A stretch of 64,000 nucleotides of DNA from Octopus vulgaris (taxonomy: Eukaryota). A program made the position numbers and the translations under genes. Numbering within the stretch: position 1 is the stretch's first letter; every line of letters starts with the position of its first letter. The stretch covers positions 97,960,001 through 98,024,000 of the forward strand of contig OX597814.1 of NCBI GenBank assembly GCA_951406725.2. The letters are read 5' to 3'. A model generated the notes under the pieces. The model searched no databases. It was not told the origin of the DNA and saw only the letters and a program-made list of their open reading frames with translations. Below, piece by piece: positions 13,110 through 62,599 of this stretch.

Positions 13110-13432
13110 TAGTTACAGAGATGTACTTGCATAGCAAGTGACTTGATCTGAGATCGTGTGCTGGAACGAAAACAGTTGCAGCGTTGAAGAAACACAAGCC
13201 ATTTAAGAAACACACAAAAACCGTTAGATTCACTTCAACATTTAAATTTAATTTGTCAAAATATTTTCGTCGCTTTGAGACCGCGACCTGTTAGCACGAT
13301 ATTTTTGTCAGTGAACAGGTCGCGGTCTCAAAGCGAGGAAAATATTTTGGCAAATTAAATTTAAATGTTGAAGTGAATCTAACGGTTTTTGTGTGTTTCT
13401 TAAATGGCTTACAAACACCTTCCACGCTGCAA
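13110..13432. mobile_element. Palindromic Penelope-like remnant with variant hammerhead
   Basis: 13195-13292 inverted to 13314-13410; related piece at 38900-38975. Confidence 0.55.
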
Positions 13433-13447
13433 TATATATATACACAC

Positions 13448-13478
<31 letters not shown>

Positions 13479-13784
13479 TGTATGTGTGTATATGTGTATG
13501 CATGTATGTGTGTGTGTGCGTGTCTGTGCTTGTGATTGTCCTCCACCACTGCTTGACAACGAATGTTGGTTTGTTTACATCCCTGTCACCTAGTGGTTTG
13601 ACAAAGGAAATAGATAGAATAAGTACAATGCTTACAAAAATAAAACTGGAGTTGATTCATTAAACTACAATTCTTCAAGGCATTGCCCCAGCATGGCCAC
13701 AGACCAATGGCTGGAAAAAGCAGAAGAATAAAAGAATACATTCTCTGCTTTGGTCTTATGTTCAAGGCATGAGAAAGCTTGAGT

Positions 13785-14070
13785 TTACATGAGAAGGCCT
13801 AACAGACCTGGTAGAAACAGCAGCCAAATCTCCCTCAAATCACACCTTACTGTCTTATGTATGTATATATATATGAGCCAATGAGGGGGACCTCTACATG
13901 GTAGCTAGACCTGGTAGAAATAGCAGCCAAATTTCCCCCAAATCACACCTTACTGTCTTATCTATATATATATGTATGTATGAGCCTATGAGGGAGACCC
14001 CTACATGGCAGCTAGACATGGTAGAAATAGCAGCCAAATCTCCCTCAAATCACACCTTACTGTCTTATGT
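13785..14070 (+). repeat. Three ~85-90 bp tandem retroposon-tail units
   Basis: TAGACCTGGTAGAAATAGCAGCCAAATCTCCCTCAAATCACACCTTACTGTCTTA x3; single related copy at ~5340-5400. Confidence 0.75.
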
Positions 14071-14099
14071 ATGTATATATATATATATATATATACAAG

Positions 14100-14531
14100 C
14101 CACTACGGTTATTTAATGTAAAGTCTTCCTCAAATCACTCTCGCTATTTACTCTCTTCCAAGAACATTTTCACTCACTCTTATCTCTTAGCTTGCCATAC
14201 ATTTTACTCATGTATCTATCAGCGTGATAGACAGAAACAAATATTACATCGCTATCGCTATCGCCATCGCATTCTATTGTCTACCTGTCAACACACACAC
14301 AGTGAATTACTTTCATTTTATTCGTTGCACACTGTGTGTGTGCGTGTGCGTGTGGTGTAAACCGCATTAAGAAAAGCATTTGACATACACACCAGAATGT
14401 GAGTTTTCTGTAAATTTTGCTTAATTGGAGTTTAAAAATGCTAGGTAAATTGTAATTGAAGAAATCCTATATTGTAGATTTCTATAACTGACAAAGGGAG
14501 GCAGATAAAATCTGCCTTTTATAATAAGAGG
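14100..14531 (-). mobile_element. Partial Helitron-like element
   Basis: 5' end CTCTTATTATAAAAGGCAGATTTTATCTGCC on minus strand; 3' end not found. Confidence 0.35.
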
Positions 14532-14664
14532 TAATTTTTTTTTTGATAAGGTTCGTCATTTCAAGAACCGAAACATGTTAAAAATTAAAATTTGTTTAAT
14601 ATAGCAGCATTTTCAAACTTCATTTTTTACAAATATATATATATATATATATATATTTTATACT

Positions 14665-15770
14665 TCAATTTTTATTTTTACTGCATGATTGGTTTAGGTA
14701 CGACCGACACATGTTTCTGTTGCATAGATACTTAATGATTACATTTGCATCCAGCTATTTTCAACTTTGCACTTTTATTCAAAGTTTGTCCATAAATGTG
14801 TTTCGAAGCGAACTAAGAGTATTTATGCATAGCTAAAGTATTTTGCTAGGTTAATGTGGTTGTGGGTAGAAAGAAGGTTTGGGTGCGGTGGGGCAGATTT
14901 GGGAACTTGATATAGCTATGAAAATCAACTGCGTGGTTGACCTCATCCCAACCTTAAGCTTAAGTTCGAAATTGAGAGTCGTGAACTTTAAAGTAGGTCA
15001 ACCACGCAGTAATTTTTATAGCCGTAATAAGTTTCTAAATCTCCCCCTCAAATTCTTTTTCTATGCAACAGAAACATGTCGGTGGTATCTAAATCAATCA
15101 TGCTGTAATAATTATAGTGACGCCTGGTTCCAAACGCCATTTTGGGATTTTTATCCACGCATGCGCAGGGATTAGTCTTCCGGAAGGCCTGCCGGAAGCC
15201 CCTTATGCGCGTGCGCTGTTCATCAGCAGCAGCTAGCCTTGACCGCTATTCTCTCTTTTCGCTCCAGCTGCCTACCGAGCTAGACGCAACCAGGCTAGCG
15301 CCGTGTGAAAGCGATCCACGACTTAGGCGAATCTTTGAAGAATGCCTTCACAATTGTGATTAAACCGACTCTGCTGCTACCCCCACCCCCGGCGTCCTGG
15401 CTACCGATGTCCAGAGATGAAATGCTTATTTCGGCGAAATAAATTATTATTGTTATTTGTTCGGAGATTCTTGTTCCCGCTAGTTTCCTTTCCACGACTA
15501 TGTAAGGAATTGTGAGGCACCCATCCAGTGCCAACCTCACTTCCTACATAATAAAATAACATAGTAACCTATCATAAAATTAAAAAAAAAAATCATAGTG
15601 ACCTAACAAAATACGTTGGCCATTCAAGTTCGCTTGAATAAAGGTGCATAGTTGAAAATAGCCTGGATGCAAATGTAACTGCTAATTCTCTATGCAGCAG
15701 AAACACGCGTCGGTCGTATCTAAACCAACTATGCGGAATAATAAACTGTAAACATGACAATTAAAATAAA
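14665..15770. mobile_element. Inverted Penelope-like terminal repeats (GAAACACGCGTCGGTCG family) with nested LTR
   Basis: 14680-14790 inverted to 15630-15760; third partial copy 15060-15110. Confidence 0.5.
15113..15548 (+). mobile_element. Solo LTR (Gypsy-like)
   Basis: TATAG(for TGTAG)...CTACA termini, 4-bp TSD TAAT (15109-12/15549-52), internal AATAAA, GC-richer than flanks. Confidence 0.7.
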
Positions 15771-17425
15771 AGATATGCAGATGTACTGGCTCCGTATTCA
15801 TTGTAACTGTCTTGGATTTACACTCTCGGAAATATTCATAATCCAGTGAAGCGAACCCAGGATTTATCCATCGGATGAATTGTAGTGGGATTGCTCACCC
15901 TAAGTAATTCTAGGTGTTCCTTACTACGTGATGCTGTTAGTCTGAACGCGGATTATATATGAGTGTTCGCACGGTACCCGCCTGAACAATATAGTTGTTT
16001 CAGTTATTAGACTGCGGCTATCCTGGGGCAACGCCATAAAGAATTTTAGTCGGACGGTTCGACCATAGTTCTTACTTTTTTTTATTTTTAAGTTTTGAAT
16101 TTATTCTATCGGTTTCATTTGCCGAATCACTAAGTTACGGGGACGTAAATACACAAACACCGGTTGTCATATATATTAGCTTGAAGGGGTTGAATATTCC
16201 ACAAACACATTTGCCATTAAGGTAAATCCTCAGGCAGATACATCGTGACAGAGTGTGTGACAAAACCAGCCTTGTGAATTCAGCTCAGTGAATTACAAGG
16301 GCTCCCCAACTATTTTCTTTTACATTTTATATGCCTTTTGTTATGTTATATGCAGGCATAACTGCATTACACATCTACACATGAATTAACGCTTCTTACT
16401 TGAAGTACCTACGCTTATATACTTTTAATAGATTCACACACAGATACACACACTCCTACTATCACATAAACACACTTAAATACTTATGTTGATTCATATA
16501 TATACATTTGTTTTCTACTTTTATTTTACGTTTCAGTCATTTCACCACCTTGCAGGGTTTAATTAAACAAATCGGCATCAAGTGCTTATTCTTTATGTCT
16601 GGGACTTATCCTATCGTTTTCTTTTGTCGAACTGCTAAGTTACGGGGACGTAAACAAACCGACGTCGGTTGTCCAAAGGTGGTATGGGGACAAATAAAAC
16701 ATACATACATACATACGTACACACACACACACACACACACACATACAACGGGCTTCTACACAGTTTCCGATGATCAAATTTGCTCATAAACCATTAGTCA
16801 GCATAGAGTTATATAATAGAAAACATTTGCCCATAAAGTCGCTCTGTGGAACTGAACCCAAAACCGTGTGGCTGCAAAGCGAGCTTCTTAACCATCCAGT
16901 CATGTTGGAGCCTCTGTTTCATGTCTAATGTTTGTAAGGCTGGTTCTTTTAAAACATTACATGAATGTTTGAATATTATTTTAGTTTTCAAAACACCTTG
17001 TATTGAAAAGCAACGGAATTACATATACTGATATTACTCTTTAGCTGTCAAATTTATTTTCTTATCACAGAAATATTTAGTAGAGGTATTTAATATTTCA
17101 CTTCACTTGATGTTGACTCTAATAGTTTCCACTGCTGCATTTTATGAGTGTATATATAAAAATGTCTTGGAAATAATGGTCATTCTGGCCTTTACTTTGA
17201 ATCTTCTCTCTTGTTTCATCCTTTTCCGAGGAATTCTAGTTAAGGTTACAAACTTTCTATTATCAAAACCCGTTTTGTTCGTTCTTTGTTTTCCAGTTGT
17301 TATTGTTGTCGTATTGCCCGATTCTGGGTATAAATAGAAACAATCTCTTGTGCTTATGAATGGTGGCCGTGTATTTGGAACAGAATCGTTAATTAAAATG
17401 TAAAACAGAATTCTGAATAGGTTTC

Positions 17426-17516
17426 TCATGGATCGGATTGTACGTGCATCTTTGGGAATAGATATTCTGCAGAATTAGCTTTAGCTTTGAATTCCATTCT
17501 TGATCGAACGAGTTCG
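17426..17516 (-). CDS. Duplicate copy of LRRC74-like terminal exon (inside the 8 kb duplication)
   Basis: Same sequence as 25582-25672 with acceptor, stop and AATAAA (~17053-17058). Confidence 0.6.
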
Positions 17517-18635
17517 CTGAAAGATATCAAATATATCAAATTAATCATTACAATACTCCAGAGATATCGTAACATATTAATATTATGTGTCAAACATTAT
17601 GCCCAGAAGCATTTATATTTAATGATGATAGAAATTTGATAAAATCTACCAGGGGATATATCTAGAGAGATTTTGCTTGAATTATGTATGAGACCACTGA
17701 GGTAGTTAAATTTTGCTGAAAGTGATGAAAATAAACGTAACAAATTATAATTTATATGTGGCAACACACACACACACACACACGCACGCACTATCACAAA
17801 CACACACACGCATATAATATATATATATATAATATAAATGATATATATATATATATATACACATATATACATACATGTGTACATACATATATATGTATAT
17901 ACATATGAATATATGGGTACAGGACGTCATAAAACGTAAACAACATGAACTACGAAAACATGGAATACGAAGTTTTTTCCGAACAATGAAAGAAACAAAT
18001 GGAAAACAAGACAAGAAACATAAAGAACGACCCTTCATCAGTTGTCGGCTGTTTATCTACTCCATATTTCGAGCAATTACGACAAGATGTGTCTTCGAGA
18101 AAACAGTTGCTCTCGCAGAGCAAAATAAAATTTGGGATTTACGAAGGGTCAAAGTTTGTAACAAAAACAGGACAGTGAAAACAAACAGTAAGGGCTGCTA
18201 AGCCACAACCAGGTGAAGTGTGAATGCTGGAGGAACAAGCTTTGACAGGAGAAAAGATAGATGAGACATATAAGAATGTGTGTGATCTGTGTGGCAGATC
18301 AAAAAAGAAGAAAGAAGCTCAAGTTAGGAAAAGATAGATGGCCGATAGTCACGTGTGAGCAACGAGAGAGTAAAACAGGAAGAGTGAGAGAGAGGAACAG
18401 ATACAGAACGGTGAAGGGGAGTGGAGAAGAATAGGGAAGGGTGGGAGAGAAAAACAGAAAGGATGAAGAACAAGAGAGGGAGAGAGATAGACAGAGGAGA
18501 AATAGTAAAGAAGAGTGCGCATCATGATTATTAAGATAAAACTTACTTAGAAAAGGATGCGTGGCGTTCGATCATATAATAATATAAATAATATATAAAT
18601 ACATACATACATACATACATACATACATACATACA

Positions 18636-18668
<33 letters not shown>

Positions 18669-19051
18669 GTACATACCTACATCTATATGTATATACACAT
18701 GCATATATGGGTACAGGGCATCAAAAAAGCGTTGAACACAATGGGAAACGGAAACATAAAAACAAAAACATGGAAACGAACTTTATTTTCAAACAACGAA
18801 AAAACAGAGTACAAGACATACAACACAAGGTATATTCCCCTTCTTCAGTTGTCCCTGTTTCGTCTACTCCGCGTTACGAAGACGCGTTACAAGACGCGAC
18901 TTCATTGAAACAGTCCTTCCCGCAAAGCAAATTAAATAAAATTTGAAATTTTTTGCGGAGGGGTAAAAGCAGTGGCAAGAACAGGACAATAAGAACAAAA
19001 CAAGACAGTAAAAACAATAAAAGTGAAAACAGTAAAAGACAGAACAAAGAG

Positions 19052-19122
<71 letters not shown>

Positions 19123-19880
19123 GTATTATCGATGATATATTGAGAGAAATTTCTCAATATATGCGGATAAACAGTCTAATTTACATTTTGTATTAATATA
19201 TATTATGAATACTTATTTTATTTATATCACAATAAAACCATAGCAAATAATTTAATACAAGTAACATTTAAAGGAGCATAAAATAACATAAAATAAGTAT
19301 AAAAAGTACCTACACATGTTTCAATCTGTTCACTAGGTAAACAGTGCTTCGGATCCCCAAGGTTAGAACCATGTTAAGAGTTGTAGATGTAAAAATAACC
19401 TAATTTGACCAGATATCTTCAGGGCTGCCTATTGCAAAAGGCTAATGCTTACATATTTTTTCAGAGGAATTCAAATTGGTGGTAAAACGTACTAAATAAG
19501 ATAGTTGAGGACCACATATTCGTATGTTAAGTATCCAAGTAATGTAAACATTAAGTTGTTAGAAAAGAGAGGACGTCGAGAAAGTAATAGAGGGATGTAT
19601 TAGCTAATCAAATCATGCTAAAAATCTATTAAGGATTTAGGAAATAGACGGTTATGGGTTTTGAGGGACATTATGTAATCATTTAAAAAATACAGACGGT
19701 TAGGGATTATGAGAGACATTATGTAATTAGGGTATGATATTGTGGAAGCGCTAAGTAAATAGATTGAATTAAAGAGAAGAATAGGGAGAGATAATATATA
19801 ATATAATGTGTGTGTGTGTGAATGTGGTATGCAAGCATGTTCTCTTTCTCTTTCTATATGTATATATATATCTATACCCC

Positions 19881-20048
19881 TATACTACGACCACTCGGAA
19901 GGCCTTCCCGATGGTGGAGTACGATTTCAAGAGGGTGATTGGGATCACGTGGATCACGTGTGCGATCCAGAGAGGAGTGGACAGCGTGCTGTGCCCAGCG
20001 GTGTCAAATGGACGCCCGACGGACTGGTCAGTCAAGGTCATCAAGGTG
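19881..20048 (+). mobile_element. 5'-truncated RTE-like LINE end with 13-bp TSD (copy at ~28034-28203)
   Basis: RPLGRP..W...W....REEW C-terminal motif over frames; repeated CAAGGTGAT-like tail; TSD ATATCTATACCCC. Confidence 0.65.
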
Positions 20049-20163
20049 ATATCTATACCCCGTGCCATTGAAGAAAAGAATATATTTCTGTATGTATGTA
20101 TGTATCCATCCATCCATCCATCCATCCATCCATCCATCCATCCATCCATCAATCCATCCATCC

Positions 20164-20252
<89 letters not shown>

Positions 20253-20704
20253 CACACGCGCGCGCGCACACAAAATAATCAGTTAAAATTTACCACTGTT
20301 ACTTCACTTTATGTGTCATAGTAATTAAATAATTCTCAGATGGCATTCCAGCAAAGAAATAGTTTTTCGATGAGACACAATCTACCATTAGTCAAAGCAT
20401 GAAATTTAAAGTAAAGGAATATTACATTATTTACATTTGACAGATAATTGTCCTCATCTTGTTATATCCATCAAATGTAAATAATATAAATAATGTACGT
20501 AATTCCTCATCTCTTAAATATAGAACTGAAAGGAATAGTGGTCAACTCCTATATAACAATGAATCTATTTTACTTTATAATACGTATTGTGTACCCAGTC
20601 ACACAGCATAGGTTTTGACAACGCTCTATGCAGTCCACACATTCCGCACATACCACACTTTGCCACTTAATATAATATGTATGTGTGTGTGTGTGTGTTT
20701 GTGT

Positions 20705-20767
<63 letters not shown>

Positions 20768-21177
20768 CATGTATGAATGTGTGTAAGTGTGCATGTTCTC
20801 TTTCTCTTTTTAATTTAGAATACATTTTGACCGGCCGTCTGCTTGGTAGTAAGGTTGTGAAGAAAAGCATCCTGATTTGTTCATCTTTTAAATCTTAAGA
20901 AGGTCTTGCAGATTTCTATAGTGTATGTATGTACGTACGTATGTATGTATGTATGTATGTATGTATGTATGTATGTATGTATGTATGTATGTATGTATGT
21001 ATGTATGTATGTATGTGTGTGTGTGTGTGTGTGTGCGTGTATGTGTATGTGTGCGTGCGTGCATATTATTTTTCTTTGAGTTTAATTTAAATTCTTCTTG
21101 AGTTCAAGCCAGTTGCTAACAAACCCACAAGACATTTTCAGTGAAGAAAATTCTTGGTGTTGAGTTGTATGTATGTA

Positions 21178-21307
21178 TGACATTAGTCAGTCTTATTTCA
21201 AGATTTCTTGCCAATTGAGAAAGAGCCGATTTCTAACCAAGATCCAAGGCCCTTTATTGGAATTTCAGCATCAACAACGGTATTTTGGTTTGTATGTACG
21301 TACGTAC

Positions 21308-21338
<31 letters not shown>

Positions 21339-22396
21339 TGTATGTATGTATGTATGTATGTATGTATGTATGTATGTATGTATATGTGTAGATTTGTATG
21401 TTTTGCTTTATCTGTGCATTCTCATGCATTTAGTTGCATATCTAGACATGCTCATACATATATTTATATGATAAACTTCTGGAAAGTTTTACAGATTTTT
21501 ACAGTTCCAGTGATAGATTGAATCTGTAGTTTTCGAATTAACTTTCTCCTTTTTGGTTTTGAGAAGCCTAATTTCTCAAGATTGGTATTTAGGCAGTGTG
21601 TTACATATCTCAAGGCCCCAATAATTACAGGTATAAACCTGAACTTGTAATCTGGATAGAGTAGCTACAGATTTCTCAATTGTTCAGCGTAGATATTCTC
21701 TTTTGCACTGATCTTCAGCTTTATGTTAATACCGCTGGGCAGCCAGTTTCCACAACTGTACACAGTTTCTCTTCTGTATCCCAAATCAATATATCAGGTC
21801 TGTTATGCTTACATTTTTATTAAGAGTGGCTATGGCTTCTACCATACTGTGGGTTCTTATTTCTTTGTCTTCGGGCTTATCCTTCCGACGAATTTCATTA
21901 TAGAGTGTCCTAGCTACAACATCACGTCTTGTCATGTATGCATGCATGCATGCATGTATGTATGTATGTATGTATGTATGTATGTATGTATGTATGTATG
22001 TATGTATGCCATTATTCAGTCTTATTTCAAGATTTCTTGTCAATGGAGAAAGAGCCGGTTTCTAACCTAGATTCAAAGTTCCTTCATTGGAATTTCAACA
22101 TTAACAATAGAGTATTTTTGTATGTATGTATGTATATGTACAGATTTGTAAGTTTTTTTTTATGTATGTCTTCTCATGCATATTCTTGCATATCAAGACA
22201 TGCTCATATATACTGAAATGTTAAACCTCTGGAAAGTTATACAGATTTTTACAGTTCCAGTGATGGATTGGATCTGCTATAGTCTTTGAATTAGCTTTCT
22301 CCTTTCTGGTTTTGAGAAGCCTAATTTCTCAAGATTCGTATTTAGGCAGTTTGGTATATTTCCCCGTGCCCCAATAATTACAGGTATAAACCTGGT
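21178..22396 (-). mobile_element. RLE-type LINE 3' fragments in (TATG)n (21178-21931, 22008-22396; also 29198-29590)
   Basis: RDVVARTLYNEIR..KCKHNRPDILIWD..FIPVIIGAL..GTVKICKTFQKF*; each bounded by TATG/CATG repeats. Confidence 0.75.
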
Positions 22397-22840
22397 ATGT
22401 ATGTATACATATATGTAAGTATGTTAGGTCACTCTTACTGAAAACATGCAACCCAGTCCAACTTGTCACATGGTCGGGTCGTCGGCAACTGCTAAACTGC
22501 CAACCGTATCGAGTTTGCTTGGCAAGGAGAGTGGTTTTCGTTGGATACCTAATAGCCGAAAAGCAAAACCTCTTAATAGACGGATGAACTCAGTAAAATC
22601 AACCACCATCTAACAGCTGAGAGTAAGACACGCCAGTCTTTAATTAGACATCTTTCACAGAGAAGGAAAGCTCTGATATAACACCTGCGGCTTCGTTTGC
22701 ATCCAATGATGTAGACCAGTTCTTCTTTATGGGCAAAGGCATACGTTGGTTGGAGAGTGGCCCGGTGCAAGGCCTTTCCTGACTTTGAAAAGCTTCAGGC
22801 ACAGGCATTGCTTGATTTTTACCCATCTCTATCATGTGTT

Positions 22841-23070
22841 GGTGGAGGTGCGTGGCTTAGTGGTTAGGGTGTTGGACTCATGATCGTAAGATTGTGGTTT
22901 CGATTCCTGGACTGGCCGACACGTTGTGCTCTTGAACAAAACACTTCATTTCACGTTGCTCCCGTCCACTCAGCTGTCAAAAATGGGTAATCTTGCGATG
23001 GACCAGCATCCAGTCCAGGTGAGGAATATATACGCCACGAAAAGCGGGTAACCGTTCCTATGAGTCTATG
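22841..23070 (+). mobile_element. tRNA-derived SINE family C (other copies ~30035-30262, 32214-32460, 38228-38520, 43327-43550, 60617-60845)
   Basis: TGGCTTAGTGG A box, GTTTCGATTCC B box, shared body. Confidence 0.85.
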
Positions 23071-23289
23071 AATCGCGTAGGAACTAGACTTAGTCTTTTA
23101 TTATGTGTTGCATGGCTAACCGTAGCCAAAAAAGGCAAAATACACACTGAAAAATTCCAGGATGGAATGAAAGCATGTGTCAGAGATGGTGGTAAGCTCT
23201 ATGAAAACATGCTGAAGAAGTTCCCAGTAGCAATTCTGATGGGGAAATTTTTCGTTATTTCTGAAGTGCATGAACATTTGATACTTATT

Positions 23290-23369
<80 letters not shown>

Positions 23370-23941
23370 AGAGAGCAATGGAGAAAGGGAGAAAGGGAGA
23401 GAGAGAGAGAGAGTGAGTATGTGTGTGTGTCTGTGTGTGCGTATAATAAGGTGCTTATTTAGTTTGTTTGTTCGTGAGTGTGCGCGTGCGTATTTATGTG
23501 TATGTGTATTTGCGCTTGCTTATGTGTGTATTTGAATGGAGGGATCTTTTATCCGCAGTAGCATGCGTTTGGAGAGGAAGTCAGTCCACTCCGGGTGATA
23601 CTTTTATGAAGGCCAACTTTGGGGTCAGCTGCATAAGCCTGCATAAGCTGTGGCGCTCCGGGATGGAGGAGGCAAACTCAAGGGCTTCCCCTAGCAACAC
23701 ACTTTATCCCCGACATCCTCGTATCCAATTATTATAAAATCGTTCTCTGAATAAGTCTGGTATTGGCATTTACTGAATGGAGCACACGTTATCACAGGTT
23801 AAAACTTATTGTAAAAATATTGAGTAAATTCTTCAGTCTAATATTAAATTGTTTTTGTATACAACTTGACATAGAACAAAAATTTACGTATGCTGAAAAG
23901 TTGCTGGCTTTAAGGGTATCACGAAAGACCTAGTTCGAGGC

Positions 23942-24041
23942 NNNNNNNNNNNNNNNNNNNNNNNNNNNNNNNNNNNNNNNNNNNNNNNNNNNNNNNNNNN
24001 NNNNNNNNNNNNNNNNNNNNNNNNNNNNNNNNNNNNNNNNN
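23942..24041. other. Assembly gap (100 N)
   Basis: Run of n. Confidence 1.
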
Positions 24042-24565
24042 TAATCCTAGGTGTTCCTTACTACGCGATGCTGTTAGTCTGAACGCGGATTATACATGAG
24101 TGTTCGTACGGTACCCGCCTGAACAATATAGTTGTTTCAGTTATTAGACTGCGCCTATCCTGGGGCAACGCCTTAAAGAATTTTAGTCGGACGGATCGAC
24201 CATAGTTCTTACTTTTTTTTATTTTTAAGTTTTGAATTTATTCTATCGGTTTTATTTGCCGAATCACTAAGTTACGGGGACGTAGATACACAAACACCGG
24301 TTGTCATATATATTAGCTTGAAGGGGTTGAATATTCCACAAACACATTTGCCATTAAGGTAAATCCTCAGGCAGATACATCGTGACAGAGTGTGTGACAA
24401 AACCAGCCTTGTGAATTCAGCTCAGTGAATTACAAGGGCTCCCCAGCTATTTTCTTTTACATTTTATATGCCTTTTGTTATGTTATATGCAGGCATAACT
24501 GCATTACACATCTACACATGAATTAACGCTTCTTACTTGAAGTACCTACGTTTATATATTAATGG

Positions 24566-24624
<59 letters not shown>

Positions 24625-25581
24625 CCTACTATCACATAAACATACTTAAATACTTAGGTTGATTCATATATATACATTTGTCTTCTACTTTTATTTTACG
24701 TCTCAGTCATTGCATCTCCTTGAAGGGTTTACTTGAACAAATCGGCGTCAAGTGCTTATTCTTTAAGTCTGGGACTTATCTTGTCGTTTACTTTTGTCGA
24801 ACTGCTAAGTTACGGAGACGTAAACAAACCGACATCAGTTTTTCAAAGGTGGTATGGGGACAAATAAAACATGCCTACATACATACGTACACACACACAT
24901 ACGACGGGCTTCTACACAGTTTCCGATGATCAAATTTGCTCATAAACCATTAGTCAGCATAGAGTTACATAATAGAAAACATTTGTCCATGACGTCGCTC
25001 TGTGGAACTGAACCCCAAACCGTGTGGCTGCAAAGCGAGCTTCTTAACCATCCAGTCATATTGGAGCCTCTGTTTCATGTCTAATGTTTGTAAGGCTGGT
25101 TTTTTAAAAACATTACATGAATGTTTGAATATTATTTTAGTTTTCAAAACACCTTGTATTGAAAAGCAACGGAATTACATATACTGATATTACTCTTTAG
25201 CTGTAAAATTTATTTTCTTATCACAGAAATATTTTGTAGAGGTATTTAATATTTCACTTCACTTGATGTTGACTCTAATAGTTTCCACTGCTGCATTTTA
25301 TGAGTACATAAATAAAAATGTCTTGGAAATAACGGTCATTCTGGCCTTTACTTTGAACCTTCTCTCTTGTTTCATCCTTTTCCGAGGAATTCTAGTTAAG
25401 ATTACAATCTTTCTATTATCAAAACCCGTTTTGTTTGTTCTTTGTTTTCCAGTTGTTATTGTTGTCGTATTGCCCGATTCTGGGTATAAATAGAAATAAT
25501 CTCTTGTGCTTATGAATGGTGGCCGTGTATTTGGAACAGAATCGTTAATTAAAATGTAAAACAGAATTCTGAATAGGTTTC

Positions 25582-62346
<36,765 letters not shown>

Positions 62347-62360
62347 CTATAATGGTCCAA

Positions 62361-62396
<36 letters not shown>

Positions 62397-62599
62397 GTTG
62401 TGGTTATTTACGTATTAAGGGAATTTAAATCAATAAAATAATCACTACCAACATACAGTTTCTGAACTAAACTATATCAAGAATGTCTTTTAACATGTGC
62501 TAATTAATAATTGAAATGCTATCCTGGCCGCAAAATGTTCGTGAAAATTATTTTATAACTGAATTCTTGTACATTAAAAATAGTCAAGCAATCAGTATA

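Noticed and set aside
17142-17429. 95-aa ORF conserved in two copies (25298-25585)
   Set aside because: Lies in the 3'UTR just after the LRRC74-like stop; conservation is due to the duplication.
22841-22915. tRNA gene candidates (also 32214, 55659, 60617)
   Set aside because: A/B boxes present but acceptor stems do not close and each continues into a repeat body: SINE heads.
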